NCBI GenBank assembly: GCA_021824345.1
Contig: JAKAKW010000012.1
Span: 1,491 to 65,490 of the forward strand
Length of the DNA: 64,000 nucleotides
DNA from: a bacterium
GTDB lineage: Bacteria; Patescibacteriota; Minisyncoccia; Phycocordibacterales; UBA9973
Reading direction: 5' to 3'
The first letter of the stretch is position 1, and each line of letters begins with the position of its first letter. The notes under the pieces were generated by a model. It was not told the origin of the DNA and did not search any database. It was given only the letters and a program-made list of their open reading frames with translations. This document shows positions 46,358 through 55,742 of the stretch, piece by piece. The position numbers and the translations under genes are program-made.

Positions 46358-49300
46358 ATGCACGAGACATCCGACAGGAAAATAATTCTGGCGACCGAGA
46401 GAAATGACACGTCTCATGAACTGAGAGGACACTTCAATCGGGACACATATCTAAAAACCGTAGAGCGCGCACTTGAGCGTGCCGAGACAAAAGAGAAAAT
46501 CATTGCGGTCATACGCGACGCAATCCGCGGACAGGCGGGACGAAAGGATCTTGAGGAACTCTTCGCATCAATCCGGTTCACATCGGATAAGAGCGACGAG
46601 GAGCGCTTTATCACCACCGACCGCTACATCACGATGGAGCTCGACGAGATTGAAGAATCACTTGCCGATCCAGACACGCGCGCCGAGTTCGACCGGATGT
46701 CCTTTGACGAATTCAAGAATGAGACACGGGAAGAGGTTGGCAGTCTTGTCGCACCAGAACTCAAGGACGCAGGCGCACCAGAACTTACACGGGTACTTAA
46801 GTATGTCGGCGAACGGCTGATCGTGCCCGACTACAATGTATCGGAGCTTATTGGGTTCATAAACGACTACTGCACCATCGCGCCGGGAAGAGAAGTGATT
46901 GTAGATCGGTGCGTATTCGGCGCAGATCCGAAAGAAAAGAATAATTTGTTCAGCGCGCGTAGCGATCTTAAGGAAATCCTCGAAGATCCCGAAACGTGCG
47001 AGAAGATAGACATTATCATATCCAGCAATCTCATCGAGCGATTCACATTCTCCGCCGGTCTGTCGCATTCGACGGATAAATCGGATTCAGATATGCGACT
47101 GTTCTTGAATGCGGTGTTGATTGAGAGCCTTAAACTTGCCGCGCACAACGAATATCTGACGATCACGTCCAAAGATCGGATCTACGCGCACGCTGTCAAT
47201 AGGATCACTGAAAAACGGCTCGCGGATATCCATGCGTTTGACTCCACCCTTACCACGATCGACCTGGACAATCTCCGCGATTTCCAAATACTGGAAGGTC
47301 TGCCTGAAGCAGGCCGTGCGTTCTGCAAGAAGATCTATGAAGCAACCGGGCTCGCGGGCACCGGCGCTTTCAACCGGATCGGTATCAGCTATTTCTCCGA
47401 CGCACTTGCCGACCCGGAAAAGTTTCGCAAGCTCGAACTCGCGTATGACCTTGGTGCGATCAGCGGTTTTACCTCTTCCTACGAAGGTGATCTGACGAAA
47501 AGAATTTTCACCTGGAGCGATGAACAGATTAAGAGCGTCGCCATGGGCTTCAAGACCGGCCTCGTGAAGGGGCCTTCGGATGGACGCGCCATCGCGCGGA
47601 TTCTCACCCTAAATACCGATGACCTCCTCTCTCTCAACGAAGCCGGGGAGACACTCTTGGTCGGCAATGAACTGCTCAATGCGCTCCGCGCATCGAGCCC
47701 CGAAGACCGCGCAGAGTATAAAAGCATCCTCGCTTCGATCGAGGGAAACCAATGGGTTAAGGAGGAGAAAAAAATGGAACTCCTACGGTATGCTGAAGAA
47801 CTCCGCACACTCACCCCGGACGCCCGTGCATTCCTCGATGCATGGCACGCGCACCAAGGACAATTCTACAGTAGCCAGGTTGAAGCGTACACCGAACCAC
47901 TCAAGAAAGCGAGCCTCTATCCCGATGTCCTCGCCCGCATGGCCGATCGGTACCGCGACCTGGACAACCAGAAGCTTATGTTCAATCTGCTCTCGGACGG
48001 ATATATGGACCTCATAGACATCGACCGCGAGCTCTCCGCGTTCGCGCGGGATCCCAACGCCTACCTCCTCAAATTTCCTCGCCCGTCCGATGTCTTCGAT
48101 CATTTTCGCGAGTTCGAAGACATTATGAATCGCCGCAATCAACCCATGCGCGACGATGTTCACAAAACAATTTTTTTCAGCACGTTCGTCGCGCAGGCCA
48201 CGACCCGCATATCGAATAATGTGGATTTCCCTTACACTACCGACGAGCGCCACGTTTCAGAACTCGCGGGGCGCCTCGCTTCTTGGTACGCCAGCGCGTA
48301 TGATGCGCAGGAAATTCTTTCCACGATCGTCCACATGCACGACGATCTTGCAGACGTCACGTCGGTGCTCGAGCGCATCACGGATGACCCGGATTCCTTT
48401 TTTAAACAGCGCCCGCAGGACGTGATGAAGAATTACGACGCAATCGCGGCGGAACTTGCGAGCCGCGGCAAACGTCTCCACCAGACTACGCTCGACGTGG
48501 CATTCGAGAACACCTTGCGCATGAACCCCGCTCTCCTCATGCGGGAAACCGAGTTTCCATTCACGTCGGAACAGCAAACGATCGCGGACCTCTTCCAGCG
48601 TATTCACAAGTCCCCGTCCCACGAGATAAAGAACATGGACGTCGAGATCGCTGAACAGATCGCTCGGAACGGCGATCTCTCCACCTATGAGGACCGCTAC
48701 CGCGTGATCGAAGAGATCTTCGTCAAGAATAATCTTCCATTTGTCGGCAAGCAAGAGAAGGTCTGCGAGGTGCTGCACCCTGAGATCGAGACGCGGGAAA
48801 ATTCCAGCCCGGTTCTCCAATCCCTCCACGGCACAAACGCGCGGAGGCTACTCGTCTTCAAGGATCTGATGCGCGCAAGCGTACAGAGCCTCAATATGAA
48901 CCTAGAGCAGTATCTCCTAGTCCTTAAGAATGGCGCTACAGTCCTTGACCGATTCGAATCCGGAGCAACGCTCGACGACGACGAAACAGAACAGTTGAAA
49001 TATTTCTTCCGAAAGATAAACGCTCTTACCGAGAACACGCGATTGAACGCGAATGCCACGACCTTTGATCCCGATCGGACGAGTCTCGCCGAGAACCTCG
49101 CCGCACTTCGAAAGAATTTCGGTGTACGCAAGGGGGAAACGATTACCGACAAGTTCACTCGGACGTTCCTGCGGCGGATCGACATCAACTCCATTGATGA
49201 CGCGCTTAGGCAGTTCATCAATCTGCGGAGCGTCGCAGACACGCGCAACCGTGAATTCGCATCATCCGGAAAAATTATTCTCAGTCCGACGGATCTCGCG

Positions 49301-50725
49301 AAAGGCGTCGACTCCGCCTTCTTCGACACCTTCCTCGACCGCGGCGTCTATTCCCCAGAGTTCATCGGCGCAGAAACGGAAGTCGCGAAAGCAAAGGCGA
49401 AGCGAACCGACATGACCCCATGGGACACCGACGTGATCACTGTCGGAGACCGCGATGCGCGCGTGATCGTAGAAGACTCAACGGCTAGCGCATACGGCGA
49501 CGTTATCATAATCGTCCGCGATCGCGGCCAATTCGACCATACCAAGGTCGGCCAACCGCTCCCTGCCGACTCGGGCAAAATGGAACTCTTCAGAACGGGC
49601 GGGACGAACAGCGACCACTTTGGAATCCGCACAGGGTTCGGCTCCACGGAGATCAGCGCGCTTCTCGTGAAGGATAAGATTGCAACGGATGATCGTGCAC
49701 TCTCCGAAATAAAATTCTCAATCGCGAAGAAGGGTTTCTACATCCCCGTCTGCGATAAATCGGGGCGCGTGCTCTTTTCGAGTAATGAATTTGAAACATA
49801 CCGCGCTATCTTCCGTGGCATCGACCGCTACCACGGGGACCCGATCGCTGTGGATGAAACATGGCGCGAATCCCTCTTCCGTGAGGACATCGAATCCGTC
49901 GCACAGACAGAAGGGAATTTGGAAAAGCTCCAAGTGCTCCGCGCCGGGCTCTACGCCGATCTGGCGCACGACCTTAAGGGCAACGGGATCACTCTGCACC
50001 AGGAACGCTATGACGACAGCGTCGTCGGCGCACGGATCGTTGACACCGGCTCGACGGGCCGCGGTGCCGCGCTTGACGAGGGATACGACTTCGACTTTGT
50101 CGTGAAGCTCGACGACGTCGACTTCAACAAGGTTCCCGCCATTACCAATACACTCGAATCCAAATATCCCCTCAACACGAGTTACGAACGCAACGGCATG
50201 CACACGTTCCGCTTTAAGAATTTCGAGCGCGACGGCGAGACGATCAGCCTCGATATCAGCTTCATAAAGAAATCCGACAGCGAAGAACTAGACGCAAATG
50301 AGGCTGTCACGCAGAAATATAATTCGATCCGAAACAAGAGCGGCGAAAAGGCGTGGCTCGACACGCTGACGAACGTGCGCTTCGCAAAACGCGAACTGAA
50401 ACGCGCGGAATGTTATAAGAAAGGAATGGCGGGAGTAGGAGAACAGCAAGGGGGGCTTGGCGGTATCGGCGTGGAGAACTGGATACTCAAGTACGGTGGC
50501 AATGCGATAAAAGCGTTCCGCGACTTCCACGACCACGCATACCGCGAGGGCACGCTCGTGCCGTTCGCAGAATTCAAACAGACTTATCACGTGTTCAGTG
50601 CGGGAGAGAATGTCCGGGGTGGCGTGCGGGCCGAGGATTTCGTCGCACATATGGACGAAACAGGATACCGCAAAATGGCGGAGCTTTCCCGAAAGTTCGT
50701 TCTATCGGAAGCTGACTTGCTCTGA
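46358..50725 (+). CDS. Giant (1455 aa) protein with C-terminal Pol-beta-superfamily nucleotidyltransferase motif; visibly GC-rich relative to neighbours
   Basis: An uninterrupted 4.37-kb ORF with an in-frame stop 4 codons upstream of the ATG. Near-C-terminal GSTGRGAALDEGYDFDFVV (hG[GS]-x9-13-DhD nucleotidyltransferase signature, as in GlnE/GlnD, cGAS/DncV-like and MNT enzymes) followed by GGLGGIGVENWIL. The remaining ~1150 aa have no motif I recognise. The flanks are AT-rich. Confidence 0.6.
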   Translation: MHETSDRKIILATERNDTSHELRGHFNRDTYLKTVERALERAETKEKIIAVIRDAIRGQAGRKDLEELFASIRFTSDKSDEERFITTDRYITMELDEIEESLADPDTRAEFDRMSFDEFKNETREEVGSLVAPELKDAGAPELTRVLKYVGERLIVPDYNVSELIGFINDYCTIAPGREVIVDRCVFGADPKEKNNLFSARSDLKEILEDPETCEKIDIIISSNLIERFTFSAGLSHSTDKSDSDMRLFLNAVLIESLKLAAHNEYLTITSKDRIYAHAVNRITEKRLADIHAFDSTLTTIDLDNLRDFQILEGLPEAGRAFCKKIYEATGLAGTGAFNRIGISYFSDALADPEKFRKLELAYDLGAISGFTSSYEGDLTKRIFTWSDEQIKSVAMGFKTGLVKGPSDGRAIARILTLNTDDLLSLNEAGETLLVGNELLNALRASSPEDRAEYKSILASIEGNQWVKEEKKMELLRYAEELRTLTPDARAFLDAWHAHQGQFYSSQVEAYTEPLKKASLYPDVLARMADRYRDLDNQKLMFNLLSDGYMDLIDIDRELSAFARDPNAYLLKFPRPSDVFDHFREFEDIMNRRNQPMRDDVHKTIFFSTFVAQATTRISNNVDFPYTTDERHVSELAGRLASWYASAYDAQEILSTIVHMHDDLADVTSVLERITDDPDSFFKQRPQDVMKNYDAIAAELASRGKRLHQTTLDVAFENTLRMNPALLMRETEFPFTSEQQTIADLFQRIHKSPSHEIKNMDVEIAEQIARNGDLSTYEDRYRVIEEIFVKNNLPFVGKQEKVCEVLHPEIETRENSSPVLQSLHGTNARRLLVFKDLMRASVQSLNMNLEQYLLVLKNGATVLDRFESGATLDDDETEQLKYFFRKINALTENTRLNANATTFDPDRTSLAENLAALRKNFGVRKGETITDKFTRTFLRRIDINSIDDALRQFINLRSVADTRNREFASSGKIILSPTDLAKGVDSAFFDTFLDRGVYSPEFIGAETEVAKAKAKRTDMTPWDTDVITVGDRDARVIVEDSTASAYGDVIIIVRDRGQFDHTKVGQPLPADSGKMELFRTGGTNSDHFGIRTGFGSTEISALLVKDKIATDDRALSEIKFSIAKKGFYIPVCDKSGRVLFSSNEFETYRAIFRGIDRYHGDPIAVDETWRESLFREDIESVAQTEGNLEKLQVLRAGLYADLAHDLKGNGITLHQERYDDSVVGARIVDTGSTGRGAALDEGYDFDFVVKLDDVDFNKVPAITNTLESKYPLNTSYERNGMHTFRFKNFERDGETISLDISFIKKSDSEELDANEAVTQKYNSIRNKSGEKAWLDTLTNVRFAKRELKRAECYKKGMAGVGEQQGGLGGIGVENWILKYGGNAIKAFRDFHDHAYREGTLVPFAEFKQTYHVFSAGENVRGGVRAEDFVAHMDETGYRKMAELSRKFVLSEADLL

Positions 50726-50854
50726 CCCACATCGGCATATGCTAACACTGTATAAGAAGTGATCGTAGGAAGATCCGACAGGCAAACTATGCCAATCATC
50801 AAATTCGAACCAATTTTGCGTTGAAAATTATACTCGTTTTTCTTCCGTCATTTT

Positions 50855-50872
50855 GACGCTCCTCGGAACGAT
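50855..50872. repeat. Island repeat element, internally deleted mini-copy (TTGACGCTCCTCGGAACG...)
   Basis: 5' 15 nt of the element joined to a tail (GGAACGATTTTAGCT) resembling the 46084 copy's tail (GGAACTTTTTTAGCT). Confidence 0.4.
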
Positions 50873-50916
50873 TTTAGCTGTTTCAAATATCCTTGCAGGG
50901 CTTGATGCTCCTCGGA

Positions 50917-50983
50917 GTCCGAACGCGCCTCAAGCTGGCTGGCCGTATGGTATGAAGTTGGAACTGTGGTTGCTTAAAATCTT
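50917..50983. repeat. ~70-nt island repeat element, full copy 2
   Basis: TTGATGCTCCTCGGAGTCCGAACGCGCCTCAAGCTGGCTGGCCGTATGGTATGAAGTTGGAACTGTGG. Confidence 0.6.
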
Positions 50984-50989
50984 AAACGA

Positions 50990-52141
50990 TCAACTGTTTG
51001 TAGAAATTTTATTGATAAACCTCCTTGCTCTTTCATCAGGAGACGTTTTATCTACTTTCGGTTCCCAAGCTTTATATACTTCCAAAATTCCTGTATAAAT
51101 AGCATTGCCTGTTGTTATAAAGCGGTGTTGAAGTAACAACACTGCATTGCTTTCAACTAAAAAAATAAAACCAGGTTTTACACAATTTAACGATAAATGG
51201 TCAATAGTTCCTGAGTTTATAATTCTACGAGAGAATTCTTCAAGAGTGTCCAATAAGGGAATGAGGTTTTCTGAATGTGCTCTAGAAAAAGAATAAAGTC
51301 TGTGTTGTCCGTCAATGATCCAACAAGCGCTGTAGCTATTTTTAATAGTCAAAGTGCCGACTTCTGAGTGATTTTTCGACTCTAATCCTGAAATTTTCAC
51401 GAAATTCTTATCTCCTTCCTTTAGCGAAATAATCACATTTGTCGGAAAAATCCCTCCATTATCAAGGAATTGTTGGATTTTTCTTATACGATTTTTATCC
51501 AACATTCTTTGGTAAAAATCTTCTTTTTGTGATCTTCTTCGTGCAACATAAGAAAATTTTAGTAATTCTTTTGGATTTGCGTAAAAACTATATGTTACGT
51601 ATTTTCCTATCTTTGTTTTTAAAGCGGCAACATTTAATTGTTCGTTTTCTGGCGGCCGAATTCCATAATCAGCAAGGAAATTAAAAACTGCGTATTCTCC
51701 TATTTTTTCGTAAAGCTCACTGTAATATTCTAGAAGATTTTCATCAGCATACCAGAAATGAGTTTCTTTGAATAATTCTTTTTCTGATTCAGGAATCTCA
51801 ATTTTTTTTGTTATGAAAATAAATTTGACAAATTTACATTGGGAATATTCTGGAATAGTTTTGTATCCTTCTAGAACCATTCTGGCTCTTTCTTTGGTAG
51901 CTAATATATCTTGGCGAAGATTTTTTTTGACTTTTCTGCCTGCTGCTTTACATTCAAAAACGAATAATATATCCTTGTATCTTCCACAAGCGTCAATCTG
52001 ATTCTTTTCTCCATTAGGCGCTATATGAAAATCTTGTCCCCCTTTTACATCAGAAAACTTTAGTTTTTCTTCTAAAAAAATTTTTACCTCGTTTTCAAAA
52101 TCTTTTCCGTAATCTTTTTTTTCTAATTCAATTTCTTCCAT
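50990..52141 (-). CDS. DGQHR-domain protein (DndB/DpdB-like, ParB/Srx-fold)
   Basis: Exact DGQHR motif in ACWIIDGQHRLYSF. 383 aa, AT-rich. Confidence 0.7.
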   Translation of the reverse strand: MEEIELEKKDYGKDFENEVKIFLEEKLKFSDVKGGQDFHIAPNGEKNQIDACGRYKDILFVFECKAAGRKVKKNLRQDILATKERARMVLEGYKTIPEYSQCKFVKFIFITKKIEIPESEKELFKETHFWYADENLLEYYSELYEKIGEYAVFNFLADYGIRPPENEQLNVAALKTKIGKYVTYSFYANPKELLKFSYVARRRSQKEDFYQRMLDKNRIRKIQQFLDNGGIFPTNVIISLKEGDKNFVKISGLESKNHSEVGTLTIKNSYSACWIIDGQHRLYSFSRAHSENLIPLLDTLEEFSRRIINSGTIDHLSLNCVKPGFIFLVESNAVLLLQHRFITTGNAIYTGILEVYKAWEPKVDKTSPDERARRFINKISTNS

Positions 52142-52425
52142 AAAATAGTTTTTATAAATGATAAAGAATATTTTTCTTTAATCCTTAAGCCTAAATATTC
52201 TACAACATTGTCGTTTTTTATTCAACCTTGATTTTTTTGAAAAAGTGCTATACTTATTCCCTGTATAGGCATGATCTTTGACTGATAAACACTGTATTTC
52301 TACTGTGATCAGTTCGGGATACGTGCCCACTTTGCCTCCTCTAGAAATAAAGAACAAACAAGCCTTTTATTAAATGGCTATTGCTTGTTGTTTATTTCAA
52401 AGTGCATACCTGTACCGAAAGGTAT

Positions 52426-52896
52426 ATGGAGACAAATGGATTCTCACAAAAATTAATAAGGGAAACGATTAAATGCTTCAAAGAAGAAGACGGTATTTCG
52501 CTATCTGAAAATGAAGCAATAGCGATATTGGAATCCTTTGCCGGTTTGTTCCTAGCCTTTGCGGGTCAAAAGCCTCGCGAGCCCATGTTGGGCCGCGAGG
52601 CTTTTCCCTCTGGTCGTAAGGCTCCTGACTTGATATCGGAACTCATTGAACTCTTGGACAAAGTGGACTTGGATGAGCTTGGAATCAAGTCGCGGATTGA
52701 AGACGAGATCAGCAGATTCAATAAATTCAGAACAGGAGTATTGGGTCACAAGCAGGAAAAAGTATCGCTGGATGTGGACGTGCGAAACTACGCAAAATAC
52801 CTTCTCAAAAACGGAACGCTAATGGAGAAAAGAGAACTGCTGTCATGTTTAAAAAGCGAACTAGTTCTCAAAGAAAAAAAGATATTACTGGAATAG
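52426..52896 (+). CDS. Hypothetical protein
   Basis: The track ORF starts at 52381; the internal ATG METNGFSQK at 52426 is more plausible. No motifs. Confidence 0.4.
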   Translation: METNGFSQKLIRETIKCFKEEDGISLSENEAIAILESFAGLFLAFAGQKPREPMLGREAFPSGRKAPDLISELIELLDKVDLDELGIKSRIEDEISRFNKFRTGVLGHKQEKVSLDVDVRNYAKYLLKNGTLMEKRELLSCLKSELVLKEKKILLE

Positions 52897-52900
52897 TGTA

Positions 52901-53506
52901 TTAAGAATCAAAGGGCATTTCAAAGTCCGGTTTTAATCTTTCGTAGTGTATGGGTATAAAGATATTATCTTTTTTCTCCAATTCAACATAAGAGCAATCG
53001 CCGATTTCCACCAGCTCACCCCATTTCAGTATATCTCTGAAAAGAACTCTCATAGGTCCACCGTGGGTTACAATGGCAACAGTTTTATATTCAGGATTGT
53101 TCTTAATTTTCTCAAACGTGCCCGTGATTCTTTTGCTAAAATCCGTATAAGCTTCTGCTCCTTCAACTGTGTTAAATCTATTCTTCAGCAATTCGACTTG
53201 CTCGGGAAATTTATTTTTCGCCTCATCTTTATTTATTCCCGTTAATATTCCGTACTGGTTCCTTTCTCTCAAATCATTCTCAACTATAACCTTACAACCT
53301 GCCATGGAAGCAAGAATTTCCGAGACTTCCTTTGCACGCGATAAGGGGCTGGAGAATATTATTTCAATGTCCTTATCCTTCAGTAATTGAGCAAGATCTC
53401 TTGCTTGTTCTCTGCCTTTTTCTGAAAGATGATCATCATAATCCCCCCCATAAAGGTTTTCTATATCGCCGGTGGACTCACCATGTCTAATGAAGAAAAT
53501 TTTCAT
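52901..53506 (-). CDS. Histidine phosphatase family protein (phosphoglycerate mutase-like)
   Basis: RHGES catalytic motif at the N-terminus. 201 aa. Paralogous fragment at 42166-42345. Confidence 0.7.
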   Translation of the reverse strand: MKIFFIRHGESTGDIENLYGGDYDDHLSEKGREQARDLAQLLKDKDIEIIFSSPLSRAKEVSEILASMAGCKVIVENDLRERNQYGILTGINKDEAKNKFPEQVELLKNRFNTVEGAEAYTDFSKRITGTFEKIKNNPEYKTVAIVTHGGPMRVLFRDILKWGELVEIGDCSYVELEKKDNIFIPIHYERLKPDFEMPFDS

Positions 53507-53524
53507 AGTTCTTTATATGTCATG

Positions 53525-54451
53525 CTACTTTTCTAATTCTTCTTTCAATAAGGGAACTATCTGCTTTCTCATTATCAAATTTTCTCTTTCAGCCGCGGAA
53601 CCATTGAATTTAACACCAAGGACTTTCTCAAGTAGATTTTTGATTTCTTCGTCGTTTGCTACGAAGAAATTTTTGTTTTGCTCAAGATCAATAGTATTTT
53701 GGAATATGAGGTTAAACTTCATTTCTTTTTTTATTTCTTCCAATATATCAATGATTTTCCCCAGCCTTTCTTTTATGAGTTTTTCCGCTCCAATCATTTC
53801 TATTTGGGCAATACCTATTATTTTTCCTCCCATATTAAACCAGGAAAGGTCTCCTTCAATTCTTTCTTTCAACTTGTTTCCGGATAAATCCGACTTTGCT
53901 TCAAAAAGCTCTCTCCAGAAATCAGCAGGGAGTTGGGCAGTTTTATTCAAAAATTGAAAAGCCGACCTGTCTCTTTCGGTTGTGACATTACCCTTAAAAT
54001 TCAGCGTATTAGATATTATTGCTCCACATAATAAGATTGCCGATTTCTTAGATATATCTATCTTGTTTTGAATTAACTTTTCGGCTACCAGAGTGGAAGC
54101 GGAACCGACAAGCTCTATTTGAACTTTTGCATTAGGAAACTTGTCCGCTTCGTGGACTTTCCTGTGGTCAATTATTTCAATGACTTTTTCCGGAGAAATT
54201 TTGCCCTCAATTCCCGTAAGATCGCTAGAATCTACAAGAATTACTTCATTAAAATCATTTGCATTTGGTATTTTTTCCGGATATTCAATTTTGAATCTAT
54301 CCAAGACGTATTTGGCTTCATCATGCAGTTCTCCCAGAATTCCAGGCATAGTTTCCTTACCGCTCTTATTTAAGAATTCAGAATAAGCAATCATGCCAGC
54401 GACCGCATCAAGATCTGGGTTCACATATCCGGTAATCAGTATCTTATTCAT
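53525..54451 (-). CDS. ppaC: DHH/DHHA2 phosphoesterase, probable manganese-dependent inorganic pyrophosphatase (family II)
   Basis: N-terminal NPDLDAV and DHR(K)VH DHH motifs. Length (308 aa) and C-terminal DHHA2-like region fit family II PPase. Confidence 0.6.
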   Translation of the reverse strand: MNKILITGYVNPDLDAVAGMIAYSEFLNKSGKETMPGILGELHDEAKYVLDRFKIEYPEKIPNANDFNEVILVDSSDLTGIEGKISPEKVIEIIDHRKVHEADKFPNAKVQIELVGSASTLVAEKLIQNKIDISKKSAILLCGAIISNTLNFKGNVTTERDRSAFQFLNKTAQLPADFWRELFEAKSDLSGNKLKERIEGDLSWFNMGGKIIGIAQIEMIGAEKLIKERLGKIIDILEEIKKEMKFNLIFQNTIDLEQNKNFFVANDEEIKNLLEKVLGVKFNGSAAERENLIMRKQIVPLLKEELEK

Positions 54452-54498
54452 ATAATAAAATATAAAGCCTCTCGGTCACCTGACTTGTCATAAGACTG

Positions 54499-54569
54499 CT
54501 GCCGGACTTGGATTCGAACCAAGATTGCGTGATTCAGAGTCACGATGCCTACCATTAGCAGATCCGGCA
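54499..54569 (-). tRNA. tRNA-Gln(CUG)
   Basis: Minus-strand cloverleaf: U1-A72 first pair (a Gln hallmark), anticodon arm CGTGA-CTCTGAA-TCACG (anticodon CTG), T-arm CTTGG-TTCGAAT-CCAAG. Confidence 0.7.
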
Positions 54570-54654
54570 ATATAATGCGATACCCTTATGTTGCAAGCAT
54601 ACAATAATACAAAAATGGATTTTTTTCAACGTTTGATTCTGCTACAATACCAGA

Positions 54655-54720
54655 ATGCTTAAAGCTGCAATTTTTGACATGGACGGGACGATGCTTGAGA
54701 CGGAAAATATACTAGAGTAG
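54655..54720 (+). pseudogene. N-terminal remnant of a HAD-superfamily hydrolase (21 codons)
   Basis: MLKAAIFDMDGTMLETENILE* carries HAD motif I (DxDGT) and then stops. Confidence 0.4.
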
Positions 54721-54753
54721 TAAAAAAACTAGTGATATAATTTAAATAATAAA

Positions 54754-55236
54754 ATGTTTGCGCAGGGGAAAACAAACAAAAAGATTTCGCGCGAAGAAGC
54801 GGCAAAAAATCTGCGTGATTTGATTTTTGTTTATTTTCTGGTTTTTGTAAGTATTGTGCCATATGTGGCGGCAAGTTTTTCACTATCCGCTATCAATCCC
54901 AGACTGGGATTTGAGGTTTCGGGGTTTTTAATAAGTTTCCTGGTATTTCCTGTTGGTACGATGTTTTTTTTCTTTTGGCGCAGAAAAATTCAACGGCCTG
55001 ATCCGTTAAAGAAATTCATATCGGAACACGCTCAGAAAATTTTTTTTATCGGAGTGGCCATTTTTATAATCATAGTTGTGGTATCTATAATCTGGAATTC
55101 AAACAATTTATTCTTGAGTGCTTTTTCTGTCGTTCCGTCCATGATCTTCATCTTGTTTGATTTTTTGATTATGCAAGTAGCATTGAAGGCGGTTAGGCGC
55201 ATAAAGCAAGATGAGAAGGCGCTTTCATCCGAATAG
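54754..55236 (+). CDS. Hypothetical membrane protein (4 TM)
   Basis: Hydrophobic helices; no motif. Confidence 0.4.
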   Translation: MFAQGKTNKKISREEAAKNLRDLIFVYFLVFVSIVPYVAASFSLSAINPRLGFEVSGFLISFLVFPVGTMFFFFWRRKIQRPDPLKKFISEHAQKIFFIGVAIFIIIVVVSIIWNSNNLFLSAFSVVPSMIFILFDFLIMQVALKAVRRIKQDEKALSSE

Positions 55237-55431
55237 CCGGAGACAAGATATCCTCGAGAAATCCGGATCAGGAAATTTTCCTTGACACAAGCGTTCGCCA
55301 TTCCGCACCAGCATTCCTCATATCATGATTTTTCCAAAGCGACGGAAGTGTTTTCTTCCATGAAGGATATTAATGAAGATGTGCTGAAGGCCATATAAAA
55401 AAATTAGCGACTCTCGTGGAGTCGCGTAATT

Positions 55432-55671
55432 TCAGAAAACCTTGTATTTCTTAGGAGGGTTTACGTTTAATAAATCCTTCATAAGTTCGCTTATTATTTT
55501 ATCTAAGCTTATTTCCTTGGCAAAAATTATTACTATCGCCAAGAATATACAGTTAACACAAAACAGGGCCGAGGAATTTGTTCTTGGTATTATCCCAAAT
55601 ATATATAATAAAAATGGGAATACCATGATGAATATCACTATTTTGATCCAAGCGGGTATTTTGTCACCCAT
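55432..55671 (-). CDS. Small membrane protein (79 aa)
   Basis: Two hydrophobic helices. Hairpin GCGACTC-tcgtg-GAGTCGC at 55408-55428 downstream. Confidence 0.3.
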   Translation of the reverse strand: MGDKIPAWIKIVIFIMVFPFLLYIFGIIPRTNSSALFCVNCIFLAIVIIFAKEISLDKIISELMKDLLNVNPPKKYKVF

Positions 55672-55742
55672 AAAAGCCTCCCAGAAAATTAATGAACAAA
55701 ATTAGTTAACTTAACTTTATATTTAACACCCTAAAATGGCGT

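Noticed and set aside
46414-50650. Minus-strand ORFs inside the giant gene (46658-47068, 47783-48253, 48257-48829, 48697-49329, 49718-50203)
   Set aside because: Shadow ORFs expected in GC-rich coding DNA. The plus frame is uninterrupted for 1455 codons.
45411-50983. ~70-nt repeated elements considered as integron attC sites
   Set aside because: No intI integrase. The elements lack complementary R''/R' and L''/L' box symmetry, although a GTTRRR-like string (GTTAGAA) is present.
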